A stretch of DNA of 64,000 nt from Candidatus Hebobacterum abditum (lineage in GTDB: Bacteria > Armatimonadota > Hebobacteria > Hebobacterales > Hebobacteraceae): the NCBI GenBank assembly GCA_029821875.1, contig JALGXW010000001.1, positions 161,987 through 225,986 of the forward strand, read 5' to 3'. The notes under the pieces were generated by a model, which saw only the letters and a program-made list of their open reading frames with translations, did not search any database and had not been told where the DNA came from. Both the position numbers and the translations under genes were made by a program. Positions 39,133 through 48,764 of the stretch are shown here, piece by piece; the first letter of the stretch is position 1, and each line of letters opens with the position of its first letter.

Positions 39133-39882
39133 ATGTCCGGCCATTCCAAGTGGCACAACATCAAGATTCGGAAGCAGGCCCAGGATAAGCAGAAGAGCAA
39201 GATCTTCGGCAAGCTCTCGAGGGAGATCATCACGGCGGCTCGGGAGGGCGGGGGCGATCCGGGCGCCAATGCTCGACTGCGCGCTGCGCTGGAGAAGGCG
39301 CGGGCGGCGGGCATGCCTCAGGACAATACCAAGCGGGCCATCCGGCGAGGCACGGGCGAGATCGAGGGTGCCACGTACGAGTCGGCCGTCTATGAGGGCT
39401 ACGCGCCAGGCGGCGTCGCCATTCTCGTGGAGGTGCTTACCGATAACCGGAACCGCATGGTCGGCGAGTTGAGAAGTGTGTTCACCCGGAACGGGGGCAA
39501 CCTCGCCGAATCAAACGCGGTCGCGTGGCTGTTCGATCGCAAGGGAATCGTGCTGGTGCCGACCGAAGCGGCCTCTGAAGAGCAAGTGATGGAGACGGCC
39601 CTGGAGGGCGGCGCCGAGGACTTGCAGACGGACGATACCTCCTATGAGATCCGAACTGAGCCGGGCGATCTCGAATCGGTGAAGCGGGCGCTGGAGGCGG
39701 CGGGCATCACATACGACAGCGCCGAGGCGACCATGGTGCCGCAGACGCGCGTCGCCCTGGGCGAGAAGGAGGCCCAGAAGGTGCTGCGCCTGATGGATGC
39801 CCTCGACGACCTGGACGATGTCCAGCAGGTCTTCGCGAACTTCGACATCCCTGACGCGATCATGGAGGCAGCCGCAGCGTAG
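39133..39882 (+). CDS. yebC: YebC/PmpR-family transcriptional regulator
   Basis: 249 aa; MSGHSKWHNIKIRKQAQDKQKSKIF N-terminus is diagnostic. Confidence 0.9.
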   Translation: MSGHSKWHNIKIRKQAQDKQKSKIFGKLSREIITAAREGGGDPGANARLRAALEKARAAGMPQDNTKRAIRRGTGEIEGATYESAVYEGYAPGGVAILVEVLTDNRNRMVGELRSVFTRNGGNLAESNAVAWLFDRKGIVLVPTEAASEEQVMETALEGGAEDLQTDDTSYEIRTEPGDLESVKRALEAAGITYDSAEATMVPQTRVALGEKEAQKVLRLMDALDDLDDVQQVFANFDIPDAIMEAAAA

Positions 39883-39945
39883 TCGCGGACCGCGGTGGGA
39901 CGTTTGGGGAACGCAGTGGGCGGTGGAGCATTCCTGCTGCGTTAG

Positions 39946-41706
39946 GTGGAGAGGAAGATTTCGAGTTTCGACGTGCTGCTTTCGCGGGTGACGAAGCCCG
40001 CGCGCTACACCAATGGGGAATGGAACGCGGTTCACAGGGACACCGCGTCAGCGCGCGCGCGCTTTGCGCTCGTCTACCCCGATGTATATGAGGTGGGGAT
40101 GTCCCACCTCGGTCTCCAGATCCTGTATCACACCCTGAACTCCACGCCGGACTTCGTGGCCGAACGCGCTTTCGCGCCGTGGCCGGACATGGAGTCCGAG
40201 CTTCGCTCGCGCGGCCTACCACTGACGAGCCTGGAGTCCCGCACGCCGCTGCGGCAGTTCGATGCGATCGGCATCACCCTTCCCTATGAGCTGACCTACG
40301 CCAACGTTCTCAATGTGCTCGACCTGGCCGGCATTCCGATTAGAGCAAGTGATCGCGGACCGGATGATCCTCTGGTAATCGGCGGCGGGCCGGGCGCCGC
40401 GAACCCGGAACCGATGGCCGACTTCTTCGACGCCATTCTCATCGGCGAGGGAGAAGATGCCATTGTCGAGATGGCGGAGGCAGTCGCAGAGGCCGAGCGG
40501 ACTGACGTGCTCCGGCGACTCGCCGAGATAGCGGGCGTGTACGTGCCGTCGTTCTACGAGGTATCCTACGAGGGCGTAGGCCCCCTCGCTCGCGTCACAC
40601 CCCGCGACGGCGCGCCTCCGGTGATCGGGCGCCGGATAGTGGAGGACCTCGACGCAGCGCCGTTCCCCACTCGCCAGATCGTGCCCTTCCTCGACACCGT
40701 GCACGCGCGCGCGACGCTGGAGATCATGAGGGGTTGTGCGAGGGGGTGCCGCTTCTGCCAGGCGGGCACCGCCTATCGGCCGCGGCGGGAGCGCAGCGTG
40801 GCGGCCCTGCTGCGCCAGGCCGACGAGCTCATCGCGAACACGGGATATGATGAGATCTCCCTTCTGGCCTTCACAAGCGTCGACTACGGGGCGATCCAGG
40901 AGTTGGCCGCGCGGCTTGTCGAGAGATTCGGAGAGCGGGGCATCGGCGTCGCTCTACCGTCGCTGCGCGCCGACGCCTTCTCGGTCGCGCTCGCCAACAC
41001 GATACAGAAAGTGAGGAAGACTGGCCTGACCTTTGCCCCCGAGGCGGGCACCGCGCGACTGCGCCGTGCCATCGGCAAGCAGATGGAGGAAGACGACCTG
41101 TTCGCGGCTGCGGAGGCGGCCTTCTCCTCCGGATGGACGCGTCTGAAGCTGTACTTCATGATCGGTCTCCCAACCGAGACGGACGACGACGTTGCGGCGA
41201 TCGGAGACTTGGTTCGGCGTCTGGTGCAGTTCGGACGCGGTGTGCTTGGCCCTCGCCGCAACCGCCTGCAGATCGCTGTCAGTGCCGCAACGTTCGTGCC
41301 GAAGCCTCACACGCCGTTCCAGTGGGTGGGGCAGCATGCTCGGGACGAGCTCGAACGGAAGCACAGGATACTGCAGACCGCCCTGCGTGGACGTCACATC
41401 AAGCTGTCCTGGACTGACCCCGGCACGAGCGCGCTGGAGGCAGCCGTGTCTCGCGGTGACCGCAGAGTTGGCGCTGCCATAGAGGCCGCGTGGCGCGAGG
41501 GCGCCCGGTTTGACTCGTGGGGCGAGTATTTCGACTTCGGCCGCTGGGAGGCGGCATTCTCCCAGAAGGGTCTGTCAATCGGTGACTACGCGAACTCGCC
41601 TCTCGACTATGGGGCGCATCTCGCCTGGGAACATGTGTCATGCGGGCCCGACAAGAGCGTCCTCAAGGCGGAAGCGGAGAGGGCGATCGAGGGCGGAGGG
41701 CTCTGA
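39946..41706 (+). CDS. B12-binding-domain radical SAM protein, TIGR03960-type
   Basis: 586 aa; N-terminus VTKPARYTNGEWN, CxxxCxxC as CARGCRFCQAG, characteristic of the family that pairs with TIGR03936. Confidence 0.8.
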   Translation: MERKISSFDVLLSRVTKPARYTNGEWNAVHRDTASARARFALVYPDVYEVGMSHLGLQILYHTLNSTPDFVAERAFAPWPDMESELRSRGLPLTSLESRTPLRQFDAIGITLPYELTYANVLNVLDLAGIPIRASDRGPDDPLVIGGGPGAANPEPMADFFDAILIGEGEDAIVEMAEAVAEAERTDVLRRLAEIAGVYVPSFYEVSYEGVGPLARVTPRDGAPPVIGRRIVEDLDAAPFPTRQIVPFLDTVHARATLEIMRGCARGCRFCQAGTAYRPRRERSVAALLRQADELIANTGYDEISLLAFTSVDYGAIQELAARLVERFGERGIGVALPSLRADAFSVALANTIQKVRKTGLTFAPEAGTARLRRAIGKQMEEDDLFAAAEAAFSSGWTRLKLYFMIGLPTETDDDVAAIGDLVRRLVQFGRGVLGPRRNRLQIAVSAATFVPKPHTPFQWVGQHARDELERKHRILQTALRGRHIKLSWTDPGTSALEAAVSRGDRRVGAAIEAAWREGARFDSWGEYFDFGRWEAAFSQKGLSIGDYANSPLDYGAHLAWEHVSCGPDKSVLKAEAERAIEGGGL

Positions 41707-41707
41707 G

Positions 41708-42442
41708 ATGGCCCAGTTCATCTGCCGCTACCAAAAGGGCGAACGGGTCAGGTGGATCTCTCATTTGGATCTCAAGCGCACACTCGAGCGCGCAATGAGG
41801 CGGGCCGGGCTGCCGCTGGAGCTAACGAAGGGACACAACCCGCGCCCGAAGCTCAGCTTTGGGCCGCCACTCCCACTCGGCGCGACTGGCGATGCAGAGC
41901 TGCTCGCCCTGCATCTGGCAGAGCCCCTGGAACCGGAGGGGCTGAAGCAGCTCCTAAACCGGCAGCTGCCATCTGGGCTCGAAGTACTGGAGGCGTGGCG
42001 AGTTCCTGTCCATCAGAAGCGGGAGACCTTCGGGCAGGTGGACGTGGCCGAGTACAAGATCATGGTGTCCAACGGGCTGAATGAGGAAGAACTTGGCAAT
42101 CGCGTGAGCGGCCTCATGGAGTCGGAGACGCTGCCCGTTCGGCGCGGGGGCGGCCGTCCCGAGCGTGAGGTCGACCTAAGGCCGCTCATTATCAGCCTGG
42201 CGGTATCCAGAACGGGACCGCACGAGATCGAGCTGCAGGCCCGTCTGAGAACGGGCAGTCACGGAGGAGCTCGGCCTCAGGAGGTCGTGGACCTGCTTGA
42301 CTTGAACGACGACGGGCGCGTGGTTCGCTACCACCGCACCGGCCTGTATGCTTCCGCCGGGCCGCCAACACAGCGCCGCGGCGGCGTGTGGCGGCGATGG
42401 ACGCGAGCCCGCAGAAGTCGAGGAAAAGACTCAGAGTCATGA
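41708..42442 (+). CDS. TIGR03936/DUF2344 radical-SAM-associated protein
   Basis: MAQFICRYQKGERVRWISHLDLKRTLERAMRRAGLP is a typical DUF2344 N-terminus. ATG placed 2 nt after the upstream stop; the listed ORF start 41510 is a spurious extension. Confidence 0.75.
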   Translation: MAQFICRYQKGERVRWISHLDLKRTLERAMRRAGLPLELTKGHNPRPKLSFGPPLPLGATGDAELLALHLAEPLEPEGLKQLLNRQLPSGLEVLEAWRVPVHQKRETFGQVDVAEYKIMVSNGLNEEELGNRVSGLMESETLPVRRGGGRPEREVDLRPLIISLAVSRTGPHEIELQARLRTGSHGGARPQEVVDLLDLNDDGRVVRYHRTGLYASAGPPTQRRGGVWRRWTRARRSRGKDSES

Positions 42443-44415
42443 AGAAAGAGATCGTCGTAAACGCGAGCGACCTCGAATCCAGAGTGGCGATTCTAGAGGA
42501 CGGGGAACTTGCGGAGCTACATGTAGAGCGCGACCCCCGCATCGTCGGCAGCATATACAAGGCGCGCGTTGTGAGCGTTCTGCGAGGAATGGACGCGGCC
42601 TTTGCGGATGTCGGGCTCGACCGCAACGTCTTCCTTTCTGCTGATGACGTAGGCTTCGTCAGCCGAGACGGTGTTGCGGCCACCCCGGCCCCGAGATCCG
42701 CATCCATCGCTCAGCGCCTCAAGGAGAAACAGGAAGTTGTAGTCCAGATCGTGCGAGCGCCCGTGGCCGGCAAAGGAGCGCGGGCCACCACGCGGCTCGC
42801 GTTGCCCGGACGGTACCTCGTTCTCCTGCCCTCGCATGGGACACAGGTGGGAGTGTCACGCAAGATCGAGGAGCGCAAGGAGCGAGACAGACTTCGCAGG
42901 ATCGGCGAGCGAATCCGGCCGAAAGATGCCGGCTTGATCATCCGGACCGAGGCGGAGGGCCATGATCGAGGAGATCTCGAGGCTGACCTCAAGGTGCTGC
43001 TCGACCTGCGGGATCGCCTGACAAAGAAGGCGTCTCGGGCGAAGGCACCCGCTGTCCTGCACCAGGACCTGACGCTCATCTACCAAGTGATCCGAGACGT
43101 CTTCACCGACGACGTCGAGCGGTTGATGATCGACGAGAAGAGCGTCTACGACAATGCAGTGGAGCTGGTCAAGCTCATCGCGCCGAAGCTCCGCAAGCGG
43201 ATCAAGCTGTATCGCGGACGCTTGCCCATCTTCCACAAGTACAGCATCGAGGACGAGATAGACCGGCTGCTGAGACGGAGAGTCTGGCTCGGAGCGGGAG
43301 GTTACATCAGCATCGACCAGGCCGAGGCGTTCGCAGCCATTGACGTCAACACCGGGCGCTACACCGGCTCAAAGGGGCTCGAGGACACAATCTTCCGGAC
43401 GAACATGGAGGCCGCGGAGGAGATCGCCCGTCAGCTCAGGCTGAGAGACTTGGGCGGCATCATCGTCATCGACTTCATCGACATGGAACGGGCCAGGAAC
43501 CGCAGCCGGGTGACAAAGGCCTTCGAGGCCGCGCTGAAGCGGGATCGGCAGCGAACGAAGATACTCCATCTGAGCCCGCTTGGGCTTGTGGAGATGACGC
43601 GGAAGCGTCGCGGCGAGAGCCTCATGGGCATACTGACCGAGACATGTCCTCACTGCGCCGGTCTGGGGCGGGTGCGTCGCCCGCTTACCATTGCCCTCAA
43701 GCTCGAGCGCGAGGCCTATCGGCTGGCGGCTGAGGACAAGGTGAAGGCAGAGGTGATCCGGGCGGCTGCGGCCGTTGCGGATATCCTCATAGGCGAACTC
43801 GGGGCCCGCGCTGCTGCCCTGGAGACGCACGCCGGGACCACGCTATACATCCGTGCCGACCACAACCTCGCAGTGGAAGAGCACGAGTTGCTGCCCACTT
43901 CTCGCGCCGAGGCCGAGCGGCTCGTGAGCCCCCACAGCCGTGGTGAGGAGGTCGTGCTGGACCGCGTGGATCCCCCACAGCCCGGGGAAGGGGATGAAGT
44001 CTATGGCTGGGCGGACGGCTACCGCGTCCTCGTGGACACCAGCAAACCTGTGGCGGAGGGGTCTGTCATAGTGCTGACCGAAGCTGGCCGCTCCTTCGGC
44101 CGAGGGCACGTGAAAGGAGCCGCGCCGGCGGCACAACCGGCGCGGCGCAAGGGCGGCAAGCCTGCAGCGGCCCGCAAGCGTCGCCGGCCCCGCCGGAAGG
44201 CCAAGGCGGCGAAGGGTGGTAGGACCGCGGAGGCGGCTGGGAAGGCGGGTTCGGACTCCGGCCGGTCCAAGAAGGAGGCGGCCCGACCTGAGGAGCCTCG
44301 CGAGCAGGCCGCAGCGCCGCAAAAGACACCAGCCGCGGGGAGCGCAAAGAAGAAGCAGGGGCTGCTGCGGCGCGGCGCGAGGCGGCTCGCAAGGGGCCTG
44401 CGGCAGCCGGTCTGA
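42439..44415 (+). CDS. ribonuclease E/G-family endoribonuclease with basic C-terminal tail
   Basis: S1 domain (VGSIYKARVVSVLRGMDAAFADVG), catalytic core (DFIDME, GGIIVIDF), CPHCAGLG zinc-link. 90-aa Arg/Lys/Ala-rich C-terminal tail. ATG overlaps the previous stop (ATGA). Confidence 0.85.
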   Translation: MKKEIVVNASDLESRVAILEDGELAELHVERDPRIVGSIYKARVVSVLRGMDAAFADVGLDRNVFLSADDVGFVSRDGVAATPAPRSASIAQRLKEKQEVVVQIVRAPVAGKGARATTRLALPGRYLVLLPSHGTQVGVSRKIEERKERDRLRRIGERIRPKDAGLIIRTEAEGHDRGDLEADLKVLLDLRDRLTKKASRAKAPAVLHQDLTLIYQVIRDVFTDDVERLMIDEKSVYDNAVELVKLIAPKLRKRIKLYRGRLPIFHKYSIEDEIDRLLRRRVWLGAGGYISIDQAEAFAAIDVNTGRYTGSKGLEDTIFRTNMEAAEEIARQLRLRDLGGIIVIDFIDMERARNRSRVTKAFEAALKRDRQRTKILHLSPLGLVEMTRKRRGESLMGILTETCPHCAGLGRVRRPLTIALKLEREAYRLAAEDKVKAEVIRAAAAVADILIGELGARAAALETHAGTTLYIRADHNLAVEEHELLPTSRAEAERLVSPHSRGEEVVLDRVDPPQPGEGDEVYGWADGYRVLVDTSKPVAEGSVIVLTEAGRSFGRGHVKGAAPAAQPARRKGGKPAAARKRRRPRRKAKAAKGGRTAEAAGKAGSDSGRSKKEAARPEEPREQAAAPQKTPAAGSAKKKQGLLRRGARRLARGLRQPV

Positions 44416-44459
44416 GAGGGCCCAGCGGGAGTCGGCGGAGGGCCGCGTCGTCGAGCCGT

Positions 44460-44489
44460 TTGACACATCCCCCAGCGGTTTGATAACAT
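44460..44489 (+). promoter_or_regulatory. candidate promoter TTGACA-18-(TGa)TAACAT upstream of rplU
   Basis: Perfect -35 hexamer; extended -10-like TGaTAACAT. GGAGG RBS 10 nt before the rplU ATG. Confidence 0.45.
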
Positions 44490-44513
44490 AGCCTGTCTGG
44501 AGGCACATGACCG

Positions 44514-44855
44514 ATGTACGCCATCGTCGAGACCGGCGGCAAGCAGTACCGCGTCTCGGTTGACGAAGATGTCGTCGTTGAGAAGCTTGCGGCCGAGCCC
44601 GGCCAGAAGGTCGAGTTCGAGCAGGTTTGTCTCGTGGCCCGTGACGGGAAGGTCACGGTGGGGAAGCCCTGGGTGAGGGGCGCGAAGGTGACATGCCGCG
44701 TTCTCGGCCACAGCAGAGGCAGCAAGATCGAGGTCTTCACGTACAAGGCGAAGGAGAACATCAAGCGGAAGCTCGGCCATCGGCAGTCGTGCACTCGGCT
44801 TCGAGTAGAGAAGATCACCGCGGGCCGCGCCCGCAGGAAGAAGAAGGAGAGCTGA
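44514..44855 (+). CDS. rplU: 50S ribosomal protein L21
   Basis: [25 protein letters not shown]. Confidence 0.95.
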   Translation: MYAIVETGGKQYRVSVDEDVVVEKLAAEPGQKVEFEQVCLVARDGKVTVGKPWVRGAKVTCRVLGHSRGSKIEVFTYKAKENIKRKLGHRQSCTRLRVEKITAGRARRKKKES

Positions 44856-44856
44856 G

Positions 44857-45117
44857 ATGGCGCACAAGAAAGGAATGGGGAGCTCGCGGAACGGCCGGGA
44901 CAGTCGGTCGAAGCGGCTGGGCGTGAAGGCTTTCGACGGGGCTCTGGTTCCCGCTGGCGCCATCATCGTTCGTCAGCGGGGGACTCCCATTCGGCCGGGC
45001 CGGAATGTTGGGCAAGGCCGCGACGACACTCTCTATGCCAGAGTTGAGGGCATCGTCCAGTTCGCTGGCAAGTCTGGGGGCCGCCGCCAGGTTCACGTTT
45101 TGCCAGCCGCCCACTGA
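44857..45117 (+). CDS. rpmA: 50S ribosomal protein L27
   Basis: [28 protein letters not shown]. Confidence 0.95.
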   Translation: MAHKKGMGSSRNGRDSRSKRLGVKAFDGALVPAGAIIVRQRGTPIRPGRNVGQGRDDTLYARVEGIVQFAGKSGGRRQVHVLPAAH

Positions 45118-45122
45118 CGGCC

Positions 45123-46418
45123 GTGCCGGCCGGCAGAGGCCGCGCAGTGTTTGTTGATGAGGCGGAAATAGAGGTCGCCGCCGGTGACGGCGGCGACGGT
45201 CTAGTCAGTCTCCGGCACGAGAAACACGTTCCGCGCGGGGGGCCGGACGGGGGCAATGGCGGCCGCGGAGGCGATGTGAGGGGAACGGCTGATCCGAGTT
45301 TGCGCACCCTTGTCGACTTCACCTACCGCTCTCACTATCGGGCTGAGGGCGGCGTCCGGGGGGGATCCAACAACCGCCGCGGACGAGATGGTGCTGACGA
45401 GATCATCCGGGTGCCCGTAGGTACAGTCATCAAGGACTCCGCGGACCAGTCGGTCCTCGCCGACGTAACACATGGCGGCCAGGAGACAGTGCTGGCGCGA
45501 GGCGGCCGCGGGGGTCGGGGGAATGCCAGCTTCGCGACAGCCACCCGCAGGACTCCTCGCTTTGCGGAGAAGGGAGAGCCGGGCGAACGCCGACGCCTCA
45601 GCCTGGAGTTGAAGCTGCTGGCCGATGTCGGCTTGCTCGGCATGCCGAATGTCGGCAAGTCCAGTCTCATCGCGCGCGTTTCGGCGGCGCGCCCCAAGAT
45701 TGCGGACTACCCGTTCACCACGCTCGTGCCGAACCTGGGTGTGGTGAGAGTCGAGGAGGGAACGAGCTTCGTGATAGCGGATCTCCCGGGTCTCGTGGAG
45801 GGGGCCCATCGAGGAGCCGGTCGCGGGGACAGATTCCTGCGACACGTGGAGAGAACGCGTCTGTTGATCCATATGTTGGACGCCACCGTTCCCGATCGCG
45901 ATCCGCTGGCCGACCTAGCCGTTCTGAACGAGGAGCTGAGGCTGTATCAGGAGGAGTTGGCGTCCCGAAGGCAGCTCGTGGCCCTCAACAAAATCGATCT
46001 GAGGCCTCCGGCCGAGAAGCTGGAGGCAGTTGAGGAGTCGCTCCGGGCAGAGGGATACGACGTGTTCCGGATCTCCGCCCTCACCGGTGAGGGCGTATGG
46101 GAGTTGATGGGACGAGCGGTTCAGCTTCTGGCGCAAGAGGAGCCGCAGACGCGCGAGGAGATGCCGCCGCCCCCTCGGGCAGAGCCGCGCCCGAAGCGGC
46201 CGCTGCGGGTGGAGAGGGCGGGCACTGGCAGCTACCTGATCAGTGGCGAGGATGTGGAGCGGGCCGTCATCATGACCGATCTGGAGAACGAGGAGGCCGT
46301 GCGCCACCTCCATCGGCGACTTGAGCGGATGGGCGTCATGCGCCGGCTCCGTGACCTTGGAGCCAGGGACGGCGACCGGGTCACCATCGGGACCGTCGAG
46401 CTTGATTTCGTGGAGTGA
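45123..46418 (+). CDS. obg: GTPase Obg/CgtA
   Basis: FVDEAEIEVAAGDGGDG Obg fold N-domain, G-domain motifs GMPNVGKSS and DLPG, C-terminal OCT domain. Start GTG 45123 or 45147. Confidence 0.9.
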   Translation: MPAGRGRAVFVDEAEIEVAAGDGGDGLVSLRHEKHVPRGGPDGGNGGRGGDVRGTADPSLRTLVDFTYRSHYRAEGGVRGGSNNRRGRDGADEIIRVPVGTVIKDSADQSVLADVTHGGQETVLARGGRGGRGNASFATATRRTPRFAEKGEPGERRRLSLELKLLADVGLLGMPNVGKSSLIARVSAARPKIADYPFTTLVPNLGVVRVEEGTSFVIADLPGLVEGAHRGAGRGDRFLRHVERTRLLIHMLDATVPDRDPLADLAVLNEELRLYQEELASRRQLVALNKIDLRPPAEKLEAVEESLRAEGYDVFRISALTGEGVWELMGRAVQLLAQEEPQTREEMPPPPRAEPRPKRPLRVERAGTGSYLISGEDVERAVIMTDLENEEAVRHLHRRLERMGVMRRLRDLGARDGDRVTIGTVELDFVE

Positions 46419-46427
46419 GGTCGTAAG

Positions 46428-47690
46428 GTGTCGACAATCGTAAGGGATGAAGTCATCGCGAAGGGGAGGCGAGCGCAGACGGCGTCGGCGCGCTTGTCCG
46501 TAATGGACCGCGAGCAGAAAGATCGCATTCTCCTCGCCATGGCCGAAGCGGTGGAGGGCAGCAAGGAGCGCATGCTGGAGGCAAACGCTCGCGATGTGAC
46601 CGCGGCCGAGAAGCGCGGCGCGAGCGCCACGCCGATCGACCGGCTGCTGCTGGACGAGGCGCGCATCGCTGACATGGCGGAAGGGCTGCGCACCGTTGCG
46701 CGCCTGCCCGATCCGGTGGGCGAGGTCATCGGCGGGTGGCGACTGCCCAACGGCCTGGAGATCAGCAAGGTGCGCGTCCCGCTTGGAGTCGTCGGGATCA
46801 TCTACGAATCGCGGCCCAACGTCACCGTGGACGCTGCAGGGCTCTGCTTGAAGGCCGGCAATGCCACTCTCCTCAGGGGGGGGTCAGACGCAATAGGCTC
46901 CAACGTAGCTCTCGCTGGCATTCTCAACGAAGCCGGCGCGCGAGAAGGCCTGCCGGAGGGTGCGATCGAGATCATCGAGACCGCCGACAGAGAGGCCGCC
47001 GCGGAGCTCATGCGCTTGACCGAGTACGTCGATGTGCTCATTCCGCGCGGCGGCGGGGGACTGATCAAGCGTGTCAAGGAAGAATCGACCGTTCCGGTGA
47101 TCGAGACGGGCGAGGGGAACTGCCATGTGTATGTCGACGGGACGGCCGACCTCGACCAAGCCGAAGCGATTGTGGTAAACGCGAAGTGCCAGCGCCCGAG
47201 CGTGTGCAACGCGGCCGAGACGCTGCTCGTGCACAGGGAGGTCGCAGCCTGCTTCCTGCCTCGGGTGGGGGCGAAGCTCAGAGAGATGGGCGTGGAGTTG
47301 CGGGGCTGCGAGGAGACACTCCGCCACCTGCCGGAGGCGAGGCCGGCCGGCGAGGAGGACTGGCGGACGGAGTTTCTGTCGCTGATCCTCGCCGTCAAGG
47401 TGGTGGCTGACGTCGGCGAGGCCATCGGCCACATCAGCCGCTATGGCACGAAGCACTCCGAAGCCATCCTGACGGAGGATCTTAGGAACGCTCGCCGCTT
47501 CACCAGAGAGGTAGACGCGGCCGCCGTCTACGTCAATGCCTCCACTCGGTTCACCGACGGGGGGCAGTTCGGGATGGGAGCAGAGATAGGCATCAGCACG
47601 CAGAAGCTGCATGCGCGCGGGCCCATGGGGCTCTCGGAGCTGACGAGCTACAAGTACGTCATCGTGGGCGAGGGGCAGATTCGCTCGTAA
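46428..47690 (+). CDS. proA: gamma-glutamyl phosphate reductase
   Basis: 420 aa aldehyde-dehydrogenase-fold protein with ProA-type N-terminus and catalytic Cys region (ETGEGNCHVYVD). GTG start with GGAG RBS. Confidence 0.9.
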   Translation: MSTIVRDEVIAKGRRAQTASARLSVMDREQKDRILLAMAEAVEGSKERMLEANARDVTAAEKRGASATPIDRLLLDEARIADMAEGLRTVARLPDPVGEVIGGWRLPNGLEISKVRVPLGVVGIIYESRPNVTVDAAGLCLKAGNATLLRGGSDAIGSNVALAGILNEAGAREGLPEGAIEIIETADREAAAELMRLTEYVDVLIPRGGGGLIKRVKEESTVPVIETGEGNCHVYVDGTADLDQAEAIVVNAKCQRPSVCNAAETLLVHREVAACFLPRVGAKLREMGVELRGCEETLRHLPEARPAGEEDWRTEFLSLILAVKVVADVGEAIGHISRYGTKHSEAILTEDLRNARRFTREVDAAAVYVNASTRFTDGGQFGMGAEIGISTQKLHARGPMGLSELTSYKYVIVGEGQIRS

Positions 47691-47702
47691 ACAGGAAGAA
47701 CG

Positions 47703-48332
47703 ATGGGGGAAGCGCTCGGGATAATGGGAGGAACCTTCGACCCGATTCACTTCGGGCATCTGGTGGCGGCTGAAGAGGCGCGCCTCCAGTTCGAGCTGGC
47801 CCGTGTCATCTTCGTGCCAAACGGCCATCCGCCGCACAAGAAGGACTACGATGTCACGGCGGCCGAGCGGCGCTATGAGATGGTCTTCCTGGCCACCGCG
47901 AGCAACCCTGGCTTCGAGACCTCACGAGTCGAACTGGACCGCGAAGGGCCATCGTACTCAGTGGATACGCTCGCGGAGTTTCGGCGCCGGTTCGGCGCGG
48001 GTACGCGGCTCTACTTCATCACTGGCGCCGACGCCGTGCTCGAGTTGCTGACGTGGCACGAGCCGCGTCGCCTGGCGGAGATGTGCGAGTTCATCGCTGT
48101 CATACGGCCCGGGTATGACTTGCGACGTCTGGAGGAGGCACTGGGCGCAGACCTCATGGCACGGTGCCGGGTGCTGGCGATCCCGGGCGTTGATATCTCT
48201 TCCACGGGACTTCGACGTCGGGCGGCCGGCGGCGAGTCACTCCGCTACTTCACGCCGCCCGCAGTGGAGCAGTACATAGGGGCTCACCGGCTATACGCCG
48301 ACCTGGGCGCGGGCGCGTCAGCGGCGGGATAG
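47703..48332 (+). CDS. nadD: nicotinate-nucleotide adenylyltransferase
   Basis: GIMGGTFDPIHFGHL (H/TxGH nucleotidyltransferase motif), 209 aa. Confidence 0.9.
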   Translation: MGEALGIMGGTFDPIHFGHLVAAEEARLQFELARVIFVPNGHPPHKKDYDVTAAERRYEMVFLATASNPGFETSRVELDREGPSYSVDTLAEFRRRFGAGTRLYFITGADAVLELLTWHEPRRLAEMCEFIAVIRPGYDLRRLEEALGADLMARCRVLAIPGVDISSTGLRRRAAGGESLRYFTPPAVEQYIGAHRLYADLGAGASAAG

Positions 48333-48405
48333 ACGGCGCAACACATTGTACACCGTCCCTGGGCTCAGCCTGGACGAGCCTGGAGGGGGAGGAGGTGAAA
48401 GGATC

Positions 48406-48663
48406 GTGGCGGTAACTCTCTATGTCGGGAACCTTCCCTGGACCGTCACGGAAGACGAGCTGGCCGAGACCTTCAGCAGGATTGGGCAGGTGGGAGCGGT
48501 CCGCATCATTGCCGATCACGTTACGGGACGCTCTCGCGGCTACGGCTTCGTTGAGATTGACGGTGTGGGTCTGGAGGAAGCTATCCATGCAATGGATGGG
48601 GTGGAGGTCAGAGGTCGACGTCTCACCGTGGGCCCGGCCAGACCCCGCCCCCCGCGTCATTGA
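48406..48663 (+). CDS. RRM-domain RNA-binding protein (about 86 aa)
   Basis: RNP2-like LYVGNL and RNP1-like RGYGFVEI. Start set at the in-frame GTG 48406 preceded by a GGAGGAGGTGA RBS; the listed ORF start 48346 is a TTG extension. Confidence 0.7.
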   Translation: MAVTLYVGNLPWTVTEDELAETFSRIGQVGAVRIIADHVTGRSRGYGFVEIDGVGLEEAIHAMDGVEVRGRRLTVGPARPRPPRH

Positions 48664-48764
48664 GCGCTGTGTAGGGCCTCGAGCGCCGAGGACGCCGACG
48701 ACAGGCGGCACTGTGCGGGGCTCGTGGAAGGTAGCGCGGCCGGAGCCGAACTGGTAGAAGAGCC

